NCBI GenBank assembly: GCA_036676495.1
Contig: JAKFCT010000045.1
Location: 18,898 to 82,897, forward strand
DNA from: Candidatus Sericytochromatia bacterium
Lineage (GTDB): Bacteria; Cyanobacteriota; Sericytochromatia; S15B-MN24; UBA4093
Direction of reading: 5' to 3'
Length of the DNA stretch: 64,000 nucleotides
The translations under genes and the position numbers were made by a program. Shown here piece after piece: positions 28,830 to 37,152 of this stretch. Every line of letters begins with the position of its first letter. The first letter of the stretch is position 1. The notes under the pieces were generated by a model. The model was given only the letters and a program-made list of their open reading frames with translations. It was not told the origin of the DNA and did no database searches.

Positions 28830-28933
28830 TCCATCCTCCTAAATTGCAGGTGCAAGTTTTGGTCCCGCTTGGGGCTACCTATCTCTTCCCTGGAGGGCTA
28901 GCGTCTAAACGGTCGCCCACCGATATTTCTGCG

Positions 28934-28960
28934 TGAATTTTGCGTGAGGTTCGCCGATCA
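28934..28960 (+). promoter_or_regulatory. sigma28-like promoter upstream of the flagellar cluster
   Basis: TGAA-N15-GCCGATCA versus consensus TAAA-N15-GCCGATAA. Confidence 0.5.
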
Positions 28961-29087
28961 CAGCCATGGCGGGGCCTTGTTGGCTAGGATGGCCTAGAAG
29001 TCCGGAGGTTTGGGCGCTTGCGGACCATGGGTATACAAGGCTCACGGGGAAGCATCACCCCGTCCGGCGTGGGCGGAGGGGGCAGGA

Positions 29088-30167
29088 ATGGCCGATATCA
29101 ACATCCGGAACCCTCTGGGTTCCAACGAGATCCGGCCTGGAGGCGGCGCGCCCCAGGCCCCTCGGATCGTGGGCCCGACCGCTCCTTCCATCGAGCAGTC
29201 CGCTTCCCAGCGCCCGCAAGGCCCCAGCTACTTCGGCTACCACAACGACTCCTCCATCGCCGCCCGCTTGGCCCAGCAAGGCGTTCCCCCCAACGCCGTG
29301 AACCTGCGCATCGCCCAGCAGATGCTGCGCTACGGGATTCCCCTGGGCGGAGACGCCCTCGCCCAGCTGCGTCACCTCTGGCAGACGATGGGCGCCACCT
29401 CGCTGGTGGACCTGGAGGCCCTCATGGCGCTTTTCGCTTCGGGACACCCCGCCAGCGCCGAGAACATGTCCGCCATGACGCAACTGCTCTCGGGCGGCCC
29501 CATGAGCCACCTCTTCGCCCGGCTCACCATGATGATGCGCAACCACGGTCAGCTTCCGCAGGCCGCCGAGCTTCAAAACCTCATGACCCAGTTCTGGAAG
29601 CTGGGCAACGGTCCCGATAAACTGGGTGGCGAGCTGGCCCAGTTTGAGCAAATCTTCGCTCGAATGGGTAAATTGGCTTCAGGCGACCTTTCGAGGCTTC
29701 CTCCGGACGTCGCCCAGGGCATGAACCAAATCAAGGACTTCATCGCAGCCCAGCAGCTTCTGCTAAAACAGCCCCAGAACACCGTTTACGTGCCTTTCTT
29801 TCAGTGGCGAGATCAGCAGCCGATGCCCGGTGAGCTGCTCGTCCAGGCGGATCAGGATCCGGCCGCGCAGGCGGCCGGTTACGCGCAGGTGGCGCTGGCG
29901 GTGGACACCCGCAATCTCGGGCGGATGCACCTCGACTTCACGGTCATCCGGGGACATCTGAGCGTGCGGCTGGACGTTCCCGATGCCGGCGTCAAGCAGC
30001 TCTTGGAGCGGGGCCTCGCGGACCTGCGTCACAAGCTGGTGGCTCGGACGCCTTACCAGGTGGCCACCATCCTCTGCAACGAGGTGGGGCAGGCCAAGGC
30101 GGTGAGCGTGCTCTTGCCCAAGCGTCGGGATTTGAGGAAGCTCAGTCGGGCGATCGGAGTGCTGTAG
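29088..30167 (+). CDS. FliK-like hook-length control / substrate-switch protein
   Basis: Pro-rich N-terminus; C-terminal VALAVDTRNLGRMHLDFTV..GHLSVRL pattern of FliK_C; precedes a FlhB-like gene. Confidence 0.6.
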   Translation: MADINIRNPLGSNEIRPGGGAPQAPRIVGPTAPSIEQSASQRPQGPSYFGYHNDSSIAARLAQQGVPPNAVNLRIAQQMLRYGIPLGGDALAQLRHLWQTMGATSLVDLEALMALFASGHPASAENMSAMTQLLSGGPMSHLFARLTMMMRNHGQLPQAAELQNLMTQFWKLGNGPDKLGGELAQFEQIFARMGKLASGDLSRLPPDVAQGMNQIKDFIAAQQLLLKQPQNTVYVPFFQWRDQQPMPGELLVQADQDPAAQAAGYAQVALAVDTRNLGRMHLDFTVIRGHLSVRLDVPDAGVKQLLERGLADLRHKLVARTPYQVATILCNEVGQAKAVSVLLPKRRDLRKLSRAIGVL

Positions 30168-30374
30168 ATGAGCGAGAATCAACCCATTCGCTTGCCAGCC
30201 AGACGCCAATCCCAGGCGCTCACGCCCGCTGCAGCCCAGGCGGTGGCGGAAGTGATGAAGGGGCTGACGGTTCAGGCGGCCATCCCGAGGGAGATGCTGC
30301 CGGCGATCGAGGAGATGCTCGGTTACATCTACGCGATGGATGAGCGGGCCCAGAACGGAAGAGGGAGGAGGTAG
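30168..30374 (+). CDS. minimal FlhB C-terminal-like protein (FlhX/YlqH-like, degenerate)
   Basis: IPREMLPAIEEMLGYIYAMDE resembles FlhB-CC IP.ELY.AVAEVLAYVY; typical position after fliK. Confidence 0.55.
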   Translation: MSENQPIRLPARRQSQALTPAAAQAVAEVMKGLTVQAAIPREMLPAIEEMLGYIYAMDERAQNGRGRR

Positions 30375-30375
30375 G

Positions 30376-31122
30376 ATGCTTCGGGGAATCTACACCGCGG
30401 CCACCGGGATGATGTACCAGCTGGACGCGGTCAACACCATCTCCCATAACCTCGCCAACGTCGAGACCAACGGCTACAAGCGCAAAGAATTGCTTGGCGC
30501 CAGCTTCGGCGACGTGCTGATCGAGATGACCGGTCAGGCGCCCGGCATGCAAGGACTCGTCGGCCAGGGCATCCGCTCGGAGGGCGCGTTCCGCTACGAC
30601 ACGCCGGGCAACCTGGTTGCCACCGGCAGCCCCTTGACCTTCGCGCTGGCCAACCCCGGTTACTTCGTGGTCCAGCGCCAGGATGGCACCCAGCTCATGA
30701 CCCGTGACGGCGACTTCTCGATCGACGAGCAGCGCCGGCTGGTCACCAAGAGCGGAGAGCTGGTGCTTTCCGTTCGCCCGCCCGGAAACCAGCTCGCTCC
30801 CGTCGTGCTCCCCGGAGATCTCGCGGCTTTCAAGGTCTCGCCCGAGGGCAACCTCACGCAGGGCGAGGACTTCCTGGGCAGGCTCGTGGTGGTGAACCCG
30901 CCCGAGGCCCAGATGGCCACCTTCCCGGTCGCCCCCGCCCAGCTCCAGCTGGTGGATGGCGGGGTCAAGCAGGGATTCCTCGAGCACTCCAACGTCAACG
31001 TCGTCACGGAAATGGTCTCGCTCCTGCATGCGAACCGGTCGTTCGGCTTCTCGCAGAAGGTCATCATGGCGCATGACCAGATGCTTCAGAAGGCCGCCAA
31101 CGACCTTGGCCGCATCCAGTAG
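30376..31122 (+). CDS. flgF: flagellar basal-body rod protein FlgF
   Basis: MLRGIYTAATGM, SHNLANVETNGYK, TRDGDF, QGFLEHSNVNVVTEMV. Confidence 0.85.
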   Translation: MLRGIYTAATGMMYQLDAVNTISHNLANVETNGYKRKELLGASFGDVLIEMTGQAPGMQGLVGQGIRSEGAFRYDTPGNLVATGSPLTFALANPGYFVVQRQDGTQLMTRDGDFSIDEQRRLVTKSGELVLSVRPPGNQLAPVVLPGDLAAFKVSPEGNLTQGEDFLGRLVVVNPPEAQMATFPVAPAQLQLVDGGVKQGFLEHSNVNVVTEMVSLLHANRSFGFSQKVIMAHDQMLQKAANDLGRIQ

Positions 31123-31146
31123 GCCCTTCAGAGGAGGTTACGCCGA

Positions 31147-31914
31147 ATGATTCACGCGATTTGGACCGCCGCTACGGGCATGCAGGCCCAGCAGATGCGC
31201 ATCGACACCATCGCCAACAACTTGTCGAACGTCAACACGACCGCCTACAAGCGCTCGAACGTCGACTTCCAGGATCTCCTGTACCAGACCATCAACCAGC
31301 CCGGCGCGGACACGGCCGGCGTTCAGGTCGGCTTGGGCGTGCGCCCGGTGGCCATCACCAAGCTCTACGAGCAGGGTAACCTCCAGATCACCGAGAACGC
31401 GCTGGATCTGGCCATCGACGGCGAGGGCTTCTTCCAGGTGCGGCGCGCCGACGGCACGGTGGCCTACACCCGGGACGGCTCGTTCAAGCTGGACGCCGAG
31501 GGCAACCTGATCACCTCCACCGGTCTCCAGCTGGAGCCTCAGATCCAGTTCCCGGCCGGTACCACCAACATCTACATCGCCAACAACGGTCAGGTGGCCG
31601 CACAGCTGCCGGGCCAGCCGGAGCAGGCCCCCATCGGTCAGATCAACCTGGCGCGCTTCGCCAACCCGGCGGGTCTCCAGGCGATGGGCAACAACCTCTT
31701 GCTCCAGACGGCCGCTTCCGGCGAGCCCATCATCGGGCCGGCGGATATCGAGGGCATGGGACGGATCCGGCAGGGAGCGCTGGAAACCTCGAACGTGGAG
31801 CTGGTGCGCGAGATGGTCATGATGATCGCCACCCAGAAGGCCTACGACACCTCGTCCAAGGCCATCAACGTGTCGGACAAGATGATGGAGACCGCGAACA
31901 ATCTCCAACGGTAA
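31147..31914 (+). CDS. flgG: flagellar distal rod protein FlgG
   Basis: ANNLSNVNTTAYK, FQDLLYQ, DLAIDGEGFFQV, YTRDGSF, LETSNV. Confidence 0.95.
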   Translation: MIHAIWTAATGMQAQQMRIDTIANNLSNVNTTAYKRSNVDFQDLLYQTINQPGADTAGVQVGLGVRPVAITKLYEQGNLQITENALDLAIDGEGFFQVRRADGTVAYTRDGSFKLDAEGNLITSTGLQLEPQIQFPAGTTNIYIANNGQVAAQLPGQPEQAPIGQINLARFANPAGLQAMGNNLLLQTAASGEPIIGPADIEGMGRIRQGALETSNVELVREMVMMIATQKAYDTSSKAINVSDKMMETANNLQR

Positions 31915-31930
31915 GGAAAGCTAGGAGGCC

Positions 31931-32659
31931 ATGCACAAGGCGGCAACGCTCGGATTGTTTCTCGTGGCTTGGGCGATCGCGCTCATGCCGGCCCATGCCG
32001 CTCCCTTGCGGGAGCGCGACGTGGTCGAGTTCGTCGCCGAGCAGGCCGCCTTGCGCTATCAGGCCAAGCGATCGGATATCAAGGTCACCTGGGAGGGGAC
32101 GCGTCTCGCGTCCCTGGCCGGAGGAGGTCTGGACGGCTCGCAGGTCACCTTGCACCTCGATCCGGATACGCGGCTCGGGGGGAAATCCGCCATTCCCCTG
32201 CAGCTTTTCAAGGACGGGAAGCGCTTCAAGACCATCTTTCCCCGCCTGGAGATCCTGGTCCTGAGGGAGGTCATGGTGGCGGTGAACGGGGTGGCGCGAG
32301 GTGACGCGATCGCCGAGGGCGACGTGCAGCTCGTGAAGCGGGCCTTGCATACCATCCCCGGAACGCCCATCCTGGGAGGGCCCGAGGTCCTGAAGGGGGC
32401 CGTCGCCAAGCGGTACGTGGCGAAGGGGACGGTTCTGGTGGAGGGGGCCTTCGACTTGCCGCCCTTGGTCCGGAGCGGTAGCATGGTGGCCGTGAAGGTC
32501 GTCAGCGGAGCGCTCACGATCATCGCCAGTGGCCAGGCCGTTTCGGATGGGGCCATGGGGCAGCTGATCCGGGTCGTGAACCTGGACACGCGCAAGGACT
32601 TCGTGGCGCGGGTGGTCGGTGAGAATCGGGTCGAGATCCACCTGGAGGAGGAACGATGA
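31931..32659 (+). CDS. flgA: P-ring chaperone FlgA
   Basis: Signal peptide, SAF-like region, PPLVRSG, G.A.SDG..GQLIRVVNL; position between flgG and flgH. Confidence 0.9.
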   Translation: MHKAATLGLFLVAWAIALMPAHAAPLRERDVVEFVAEQAALRYQAKRSDIKVTWEGTRLASLAGGGLDGSQVTLHLDPDTRLGGKSAIPLQLFKDGKRFKTIFPRLEILVLREVMVAVNGVARGDAIAEGDVQLVKRALHTIPGTPILGGPEVLKGAVAKRYVAKGTVLVEGAFDLPPLVRSGSMVAVKVVSGALTIIASGQAVSDGAMGQLIRVVNLDTRKDFVARVVGENRVEIHLEEER

Positions 32660-33339
32660 GGAGGTTGGTCATGGGGAAGTGGGCGATGGCAGGCTTGCTC
32701 GCCACCATGATGACGGGCGCGCCGCTGCTGGGGACCGCACCGTTTCAGGGGATCGCTCCGTTTCTAGGGGTAGCCCCGTTTCTTGGGATAGCTCCGGCGT
32801 CGGCGGATTCGCTTTACCGGGCGGATGATCCCGGTCTCTTGAGCGATCGCCTGGGCGATCGCCGCTCGCAGTTCGGACCGGGCGCGTTGGTCACCGTGAT
32901 CGTCACCGAGAACATGCAGGCCTCGACGACGGCGACCACGCGGGCTCAGAAGGAGTCCAAGAACGGGGCCAACTGGAACTTGGGCTCGATCATCCCTCAG
33001 GGAGCCGCGGGCGAGGTGAGCGTCGGAGGCAAGACCGAGTTCGCCGGCGACGGCCTGACCCGCCGGGGAGGGGTCATCACCCTGGAGATCGCCGCCGTGA
33101 TCCAGGAGGTCCTGGCCGATGGATCCTTGCGGATCGAGGGTAAGAAGGATCTGAGGGTGAACGACGAGGTCAGCACCGTCACGATCGCGGGCGTCATCCG
33201 TCCCTTCGACATCGATCCGGGAAACCGCGTGGCCTCCACCCGGATCGCCGACCTCAAGCTCGACTACAAGGGCGCCGGCCCGGTCCACGCCAAGACCTCG
33301 CCTGGCTTGTTGTCCCGCCTCTTCAACTGGCTTTTCTAG
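32656..33339 (+). CDS. flgH: flagellar L-ring protein FlgH
   Basis: G.LVTVIVTE, VL.DGSLRIEGKK...VN.E, G.IRP.DI..N.V.STRIAD, GLLSRLFNWLF; no lipobox Cys. Confidence 0.9.
   Translation: MRRLVMGKWAMAGLLATMMTGAPLLGTAPFQGIAPFLGVAPFLGIAPASADSLYRADDPGLLSDRLGDRRSQFGPGALVTVIVTENMQASTTATTRAQKESKNGANWNLGSIIPQGAAGEVSVGGKTEFAGDGLTRRGGVITLEIAAVIQEVLADGSLRIEGKKDLRVNDEVSTVTIAGVIRPFDIDPGNRVASTRIADLKLDYKGAGPVHAKTSPGLLSRLFNWLF
32731..32796 (+). repeat. 18-bp in-frame tandem repeat in the flgH signal region
   Basis: GGGACCGCACCGTTTCAG / GGGATCGCTCCGTTTCTA / GGGGTAGCCCCGTTTCTT / GGGATAGCTCCG. Confidence 0.85.
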
Positions 33340-33348
33340 GAGTCTGAG

Positions 33349-34473
33349 ATGCGCCGCTGGCTGACCCTATTCCTGGCCCTCCTGATGCCGCTGGCTCTCA
33401 TGAGCCCGGCCTCGGCCGAGGTCTTCAAATCCGATCAGCCCGTGCGGCTCAAGGACATCGCCTTCGTCCAGGGAGCCGTCGACAACCAGTTGACCGGCCT
33501 GGGCCTGGTGGTGGGTCTCAACGGGACGGGCGACACGCAGCAGACTGGCTTCACCGAGCGGGTGCTTCGCAACCTTGTCATCAACACGGGCGTTTACGTG
33601 GCCCAGGAGCGGATCCGGGCGAAGAACGTGGCGGTCGTGACCGTGACGGCCAAGCTTCCCCCCTTCCTCAAGCCCGGCCAGAAGATCGACGTGACCGTGG
33701 CCTCCATCGGGGACGCCAAGAGCCTCAACAACGGCGTGCTGGTCCAGACCCCCCTGATGGGTCCCGACGGCAAGACCTACGCGGTGGCCGAGGGCTCGCT
33801 CTCCACGGGAGGCTTCGAGGTCTCCGCCAACGGCAGCTCGGTCAGCAAGAACCAGTCCCTGGTCGCCCGCATCCCCAACGGGGGAATCGTCCAGCGCGAC
33901 GTGCCCGTGACGATGATCGACGCCAACGGCTTCCTGCACCTCAACCTCAACGAGCCCGACTTCGTGACGGCCTCGCGGGTGGCCGCCGCCATCCAGAAGA
34001 GCTACCTGGGCACGGCGCAGGCCATCGACGCCGCGACCATCCGGGTCTACGTCACCAGCCAGTACCGGGACAACCTCGTGAACCTGGTCGCACGCCTGGA
34101 GCAGATCAGCGTGCTCCCCGATCTGGTCGCCAAGGTTGTGATCGAGGAGCGAACGGGTACAGTAATCTTGGGGTCGAACGTCCGGATCGGTCCGGTCGCG
34201 ATCACCCACGGCGGGTTGTTGCTCAAGGTGGACACCCAGACGACCGTTTCGCAGCCCAACGCCCTCTCTGCGGGCGCGACGACGGTCGTGACCAACTCGT
34301 CGGTTTCTGCCGAGGAGCAGAAGGCCAAGAGCGTGGTGCTCGACGCCGGGACCACCCTGGGGCAGCTGGTGAGGGCGCTGAACGCGCTGGGCACCACGCC
34401 GCGGGAGCTGATCTCGATCGTGCAGAACATCAAGGCGGCCGGGGCGTTGAACGCCCAGCTGGAAATCATCTAG
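33349..34473 (+). CDS. flgI: flagellar P-ring protein FlgI
   Basis: RLKDIA, NQLTGLGLVVGLNGTGD, KNVAVV.VTA.LPPF, IGDAKSL, ERTGTV, AGALNAQLEII. Confidence 0.97.
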   Translation: MRRWLTLFLALLMPLALMSPASAEVFKSDQPVRLKDIAFVQGAVDNQLTGLGLVVGLNGTGDTQQTGFTERVLRNLVINTGVYVAQERIRAKNVAVVTVTAKLPPFLKPGQKIDVTVASIGDAKSLNNGVLVQTPLMGPDGKTYAVAEGSLSTGGFEVSANGSSVSKNQSLVARIPNGGIVQRDVPVTMIDANGFLHLNLNEPDFVTASRVAAAIQKSYLGTAQAIDAATIRVYVTSQYRDNLVNLVARLEQISVLPDLVAKVVIEERTGTVILGSNVRIGPVAITHGGLLLKVDTQTTVSQPNALSAGATTVVTNSSVSAEEQKAKSVVLDAGTTLGQLVRALNALGTTPRELISIVQNIKAAGALNAQLEII

Positions 34474-34496
34474 CCGCTGTCGGCAAGGAGTGAGCC

Positions 34497-34832
34497 GTGG
34501 ACCGTATCAACCCTTATATGAGCGGGTTTCCGCTGAGTCCACTCTCGGCCGCTCCCATGCCCGTCGCTCCGAAGCAGGGGCTCGGCCTGGAGGAGACCCG
34601 CCAGGCGGCCGAGGAGTTCGCCGGTTATCTTTTTGCCCAGGTCTTCAGCCAGATGCGGCCGGAGTCCAATGAGGAGGGGGGATTGTTCTCGGGAGAGAAC
34701 GCCGAAATGTTCATGAGCTTCTTTGATCAGGCTGTTGGCAAGAGCTTCGCAAACTCGGGCTCTGGCAACCAACTGGTGGACCAGTTGGTGCAGCAGCTCG
34801 TTCAAGCTCAGTCGAAAGCCCAGCAGGAGTAG
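34497..34832 (+). CDS. flgJ: FlgJ-like rod-binding protein (no muramidase domain)
   Basis: QAAEEF...F..V..QMR, GGLFSGE..EMF...FDQ, L.DQLVQQL; follows flgI. Confidence 0.8.
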   Translation: MDRINPYMSGFPLSPLSAAPMPVAPKQGLGLEETRQAAEEFAGYLFAQVFSQMRPESNEEGGLFSGENAEMFMSFFDQAVGKSFANSGSGNQLVDQLVQQLVQAQSKAQQE

Positions 34833-34841
34833 GAGCGCACG

Positions 34842-35513
34842 GTGAAGAAGCCTGTCACGTCAGCGAAACGGATGGATGATGCCGCCATCAAGCAATACTT
34901 GCCGATGGTTCGGGCGATCGCCCGTCGCCTCTCCACCAAGCTGCCGCGTCACTACGATGTCGAGGACTTGGTCTCCGACGGCATCATGGGCCTGATGGCC
35001 GCGGCCGATCGCTTCGATCCCGAGCGCGGCGTCAAGTTCGAGACCTTCGCCACCTACTACATCAAGGGGGCCATCCTCGACAACCTGCCCAAGCTGCCCA
35101 CCATCCCCAAGAACCAGCGCCAGCAGGTCGAGGACGAGAACTCCGAAGAGGCGATGCAGAGCTCCCTGACCCAGCTCGCCTACTCGTACATCCTCAGCCT
35201 GGACGCCCCGTCCGGCTCGGACGGCGACGAGTCCTTCTCGCTGCTCAACCAGCTGGGCTCCAGTGACACCATCCAGAACGAGATGGAGCTGGAAGATCTT
35301 CAGCAGACCCTGCGCCTCACCATCGAGCAGTTGCCGGTCCAGGAGCGCACCACGCTGCGCTACTACTACTTCCACAACATGTCGTTCAACGAGATCGGCC
35401 AGAAGCTGGGTCTGTCGGAGTCCTGGGTCAGCCGCATCCACCGCAGGGCGCTGGAGCAGCTCAAGCAGAAGCTGGGCAAGAAGAAGAGCATCGACGACTT
35501 TATTAGTTGGTAG
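34842..35513 (+). CDS. fliA: FliA/WhiG-family sigma-28 factor
   Basis: YLPMVRAIARRL, DVEDLVSDG..GL, FDPERGVKFETFA, EIGQKLGLSESWVSRIH; region 3 shortened. Confidence 0.88.
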   Translation: MKKPVTSAKRMDDAAIKQYLPMVRAIARRLSTKLPRHYDVEDLVSDGIMGLMAAADRFDPERGVKFETFATYYIKGAILDNLPKLPTIPKNQRQQVEDENSEEAMQSSLTQLAYSYILSLDAPSGSDGDESFSLLNQLGSSDTIQNEMELEDLQQTLRLTIEQLPVQERTTLRYYYFHNMSFNEIGQKLGLSESWVSRIHRRALEQLKQKLGKKKSIDDFISW

Positions 35514-35546
35514 CTGCAGACGCTAGTTGGTAGGGGTATCCGTTGC

Positions 35547-35601
35547 CGTCATTCCCGCGGAAGCGGGAATCCACTGGACCCCCGCTTTCGCGGGGGTGAC
35601 G
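35547..35601. repeat. REP-like double palindrome
   Basis: CGTCATTCCCGCGGAAGCGGGAATCCACTGGACCCCCGCTTTCGCGGGGGTGACG; sister copy at 21449. Confidence 0.8.
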
Positions 35602-35622
35602 AGAGAGGAAGGGGGTGTCAGC

Positions 35623-36045
35623 ATGTTCGGAATGGAACTCAAAGGTCTCGAGCGCGCTCTGGACGGCCTGAGCACCCGCTTTTCGGCCCAGGCGAACAAC
35701 GTCGCCAACGTCAACACTCCCAACTATCAGCGCCAGGTGGTCAACTTCGAGGACTCCCTCAAGGCCATCCTGGAAACCGCCAAGGCTGAGGGCTCCCAGG
35801 AGCCATTCGAGAATCCGATGCAGGGCTTCTTCGGGCAGTCGTCGACCGATGCCGCCGCCATGCTCGAGATGTGGTCGCCGACCGTGACCACGGTGGAAAA
35901 CAAAGCTTTCCGCCGCGACGGCAACGGCACCTCCATCGAGTCCGAGATGGCGGACGTGGTCAAGACCGTCCAGCGCTTCAACACGGTGACCACCATGTTG
36001 GCCTCCGAGTATCGGACGCTCAAGTTCGTCATCGACGCGAAGTAA
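35623..36045 (+). CDS. flgB: flagellar rod protein FlgB
   Basis: LERALDGL..R, ANNVANVNTPNYQ, RRDGNGTSIESEM; start MFGM after RBS. Confidence 0.92.
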   Translation: MFGMELKGLERALDGLSTRFSAQANNVANVNTPNYQRQVVNFEDSLKAILETAKAEGSQEPFENPMQGFFGQSSTDAAAMLEMWSPTVTTVENKAFRRDGNGTSIESEMADVVKTVQRFNTVTTMLASEYRTLKFVIDAK

Positions 36046-36055
36046 TTTGTCGCTT

Positions 36056-36079
36056 GGCGGGCGCAGAGGCCCGCCCTAC
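36056..36079. repeat. GTAG-type REP element
   Basis: GGCGGGCGCAGAGGCCCGCCCTAC; second copy at 50806-50829. Confidence 0.7.
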
Positions 36080-36248
36080 TGCCCCTACCTTAACCGTGGC
36101 ACGGGCGTCCCTGCCCGCGCATGTCCGCCTGTGCGTTCTTGCAGCGCGTCCTCGCCTGCGATCACGCTCGGCGTGACCGATGCCACGGCTTCCGACTTCA
36201 GCGCTCGGTATTATGTAACGAGCCCCCTTGCCGGTGCCGCTTGTAGGC

Positions 36249-36263
36249 TTAAGCGGGTTTTAA
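36249..36263. promoter_or_regulatory. TTAA-N7-TTAA motif upstream of flgC-fliE-fliF-flhA
   Basis: TTAAGCGGGTTTTAA, 88 nt before the flgC ATG. Confidence 0.6.
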
Positions 36264-36350
36264 ACCCCAAACCGTGCTACCAAGCCCTTTCCCGGGTATA
36301 GGGGGAGTAGTGTGATTAGCCAGACCGGTCCTTCGACCTGAGGGGGAGTC

Positions 36351-36758
36351 ATGAGCATCTACAACGTCTTCGATGTTTCGGCCTCCGCGCTGACCGCCAA
36401 CCGCTTCTGGTTGGAGGCGATTTCGAATAACATGGCGAACTCCGCCGCCACCCGGACGCCGGACGGTGGGCCCTACCAGCGCCAGATGCCGGTCTTCCAG
36501 ACCCTGCTCGACGAGGCGACGGGCCAGCTCAAGGGCGTGCAGGTCGCCGGCACCCACAAGGACCAGACTCCCGGGCCCTTGGTCTACAAGCCCGGCCATC
36601 CCGACGCGGATCCCAACGGCTTCGTGAGGATGCCCAACGTCAACGTCGTGACCGAGATGGTCGACATGATCGCCGTCAGCCGGGCCTACGACTCCAACGT
36701 GACCATCGCCAACGCGGCCAAGAACATGCACCAGAAGTCCCTCGAGATCGGGCGATAG
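36351..36758 (+). CDS. flgC: flagellar rod protein FlgC
   Basis: SASALTANR, SNNMAN, GGPYQR, YKPGHPDA, MPNVNVVTEMVDMI. Confidence 0.96.
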   Translation: MSIYNVFDVSASALTANRFWLEAISNNMANSAATRTPDGGPYQRQMPVFQTLLDEATGQLKGVQVAGTHKDQTPGPLVYKPGHPDADPNGFVRMPNVNVVTEMVDMIAVSRAYDSNVTIANAAKNMHQKSLEIGR

Positions 36759-36767
36759 GAGGCTCTG

Positions 36768-37151
36768 ATGCTCGTCAACTACCACCAGCTCAACGCCCTG
36801 CCGGGCCGCAACGATCCGCTCGCCGCCTTCAACGAGTTCGAGGACAAGTTCGCCCAGTTCGGCCTTCAAAACAACCCGGAGTTCCCCGGGACGCTCGATC
36901 CGTCGGCGAACGTCCTCAATCCCGGCGAGACCCGGGACTTCGGGGACGTGCTCAAGGACGCCATCCAGGGCGTGAGCGACAAGCACCACCATGCGCTGGA
37001 GCTCGGCGTGGACTTCAGCCTGGGTAAGCCCATCGACCCCCACCAGATCATGCTGGCGGTGACCCAGGCCGAGACCCAGGTTCACCTGACCTCGGCCGTC
37101 ACGACGCGCGTCGCCCAGGGCTATCAGACCCTGATGAACATGCAAATCTAG
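36768..37151 (+). CDS. fliE: hook-basal body protein FliE
   Basis: FGDVLKDAI..V, D.HQIMLA..QAE, YQTLMNMQI C-terminus. Confidence 0.92.
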   Translation: MLVNYHQLNALPGRNDPLAAFNEFEDKFAQFGLQNNPEFPGTLDPSANVLNPGETRDFGDVLKDAIQGVSDKHHHALELGVDFSLGKPIDPHQIMLAVTQAETQVHLTSAVTTRVAQGYQTLMNMQI

Positions 37152-37152
37152 T

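Noticed and set aside
35527-35622. Apparent N-terminal extension of FlgB (VIPAEAGIHWTPAFAGVT)
   Set aside because: It is the translation of a REP-like palindrome; the RBS supports the start at 35623
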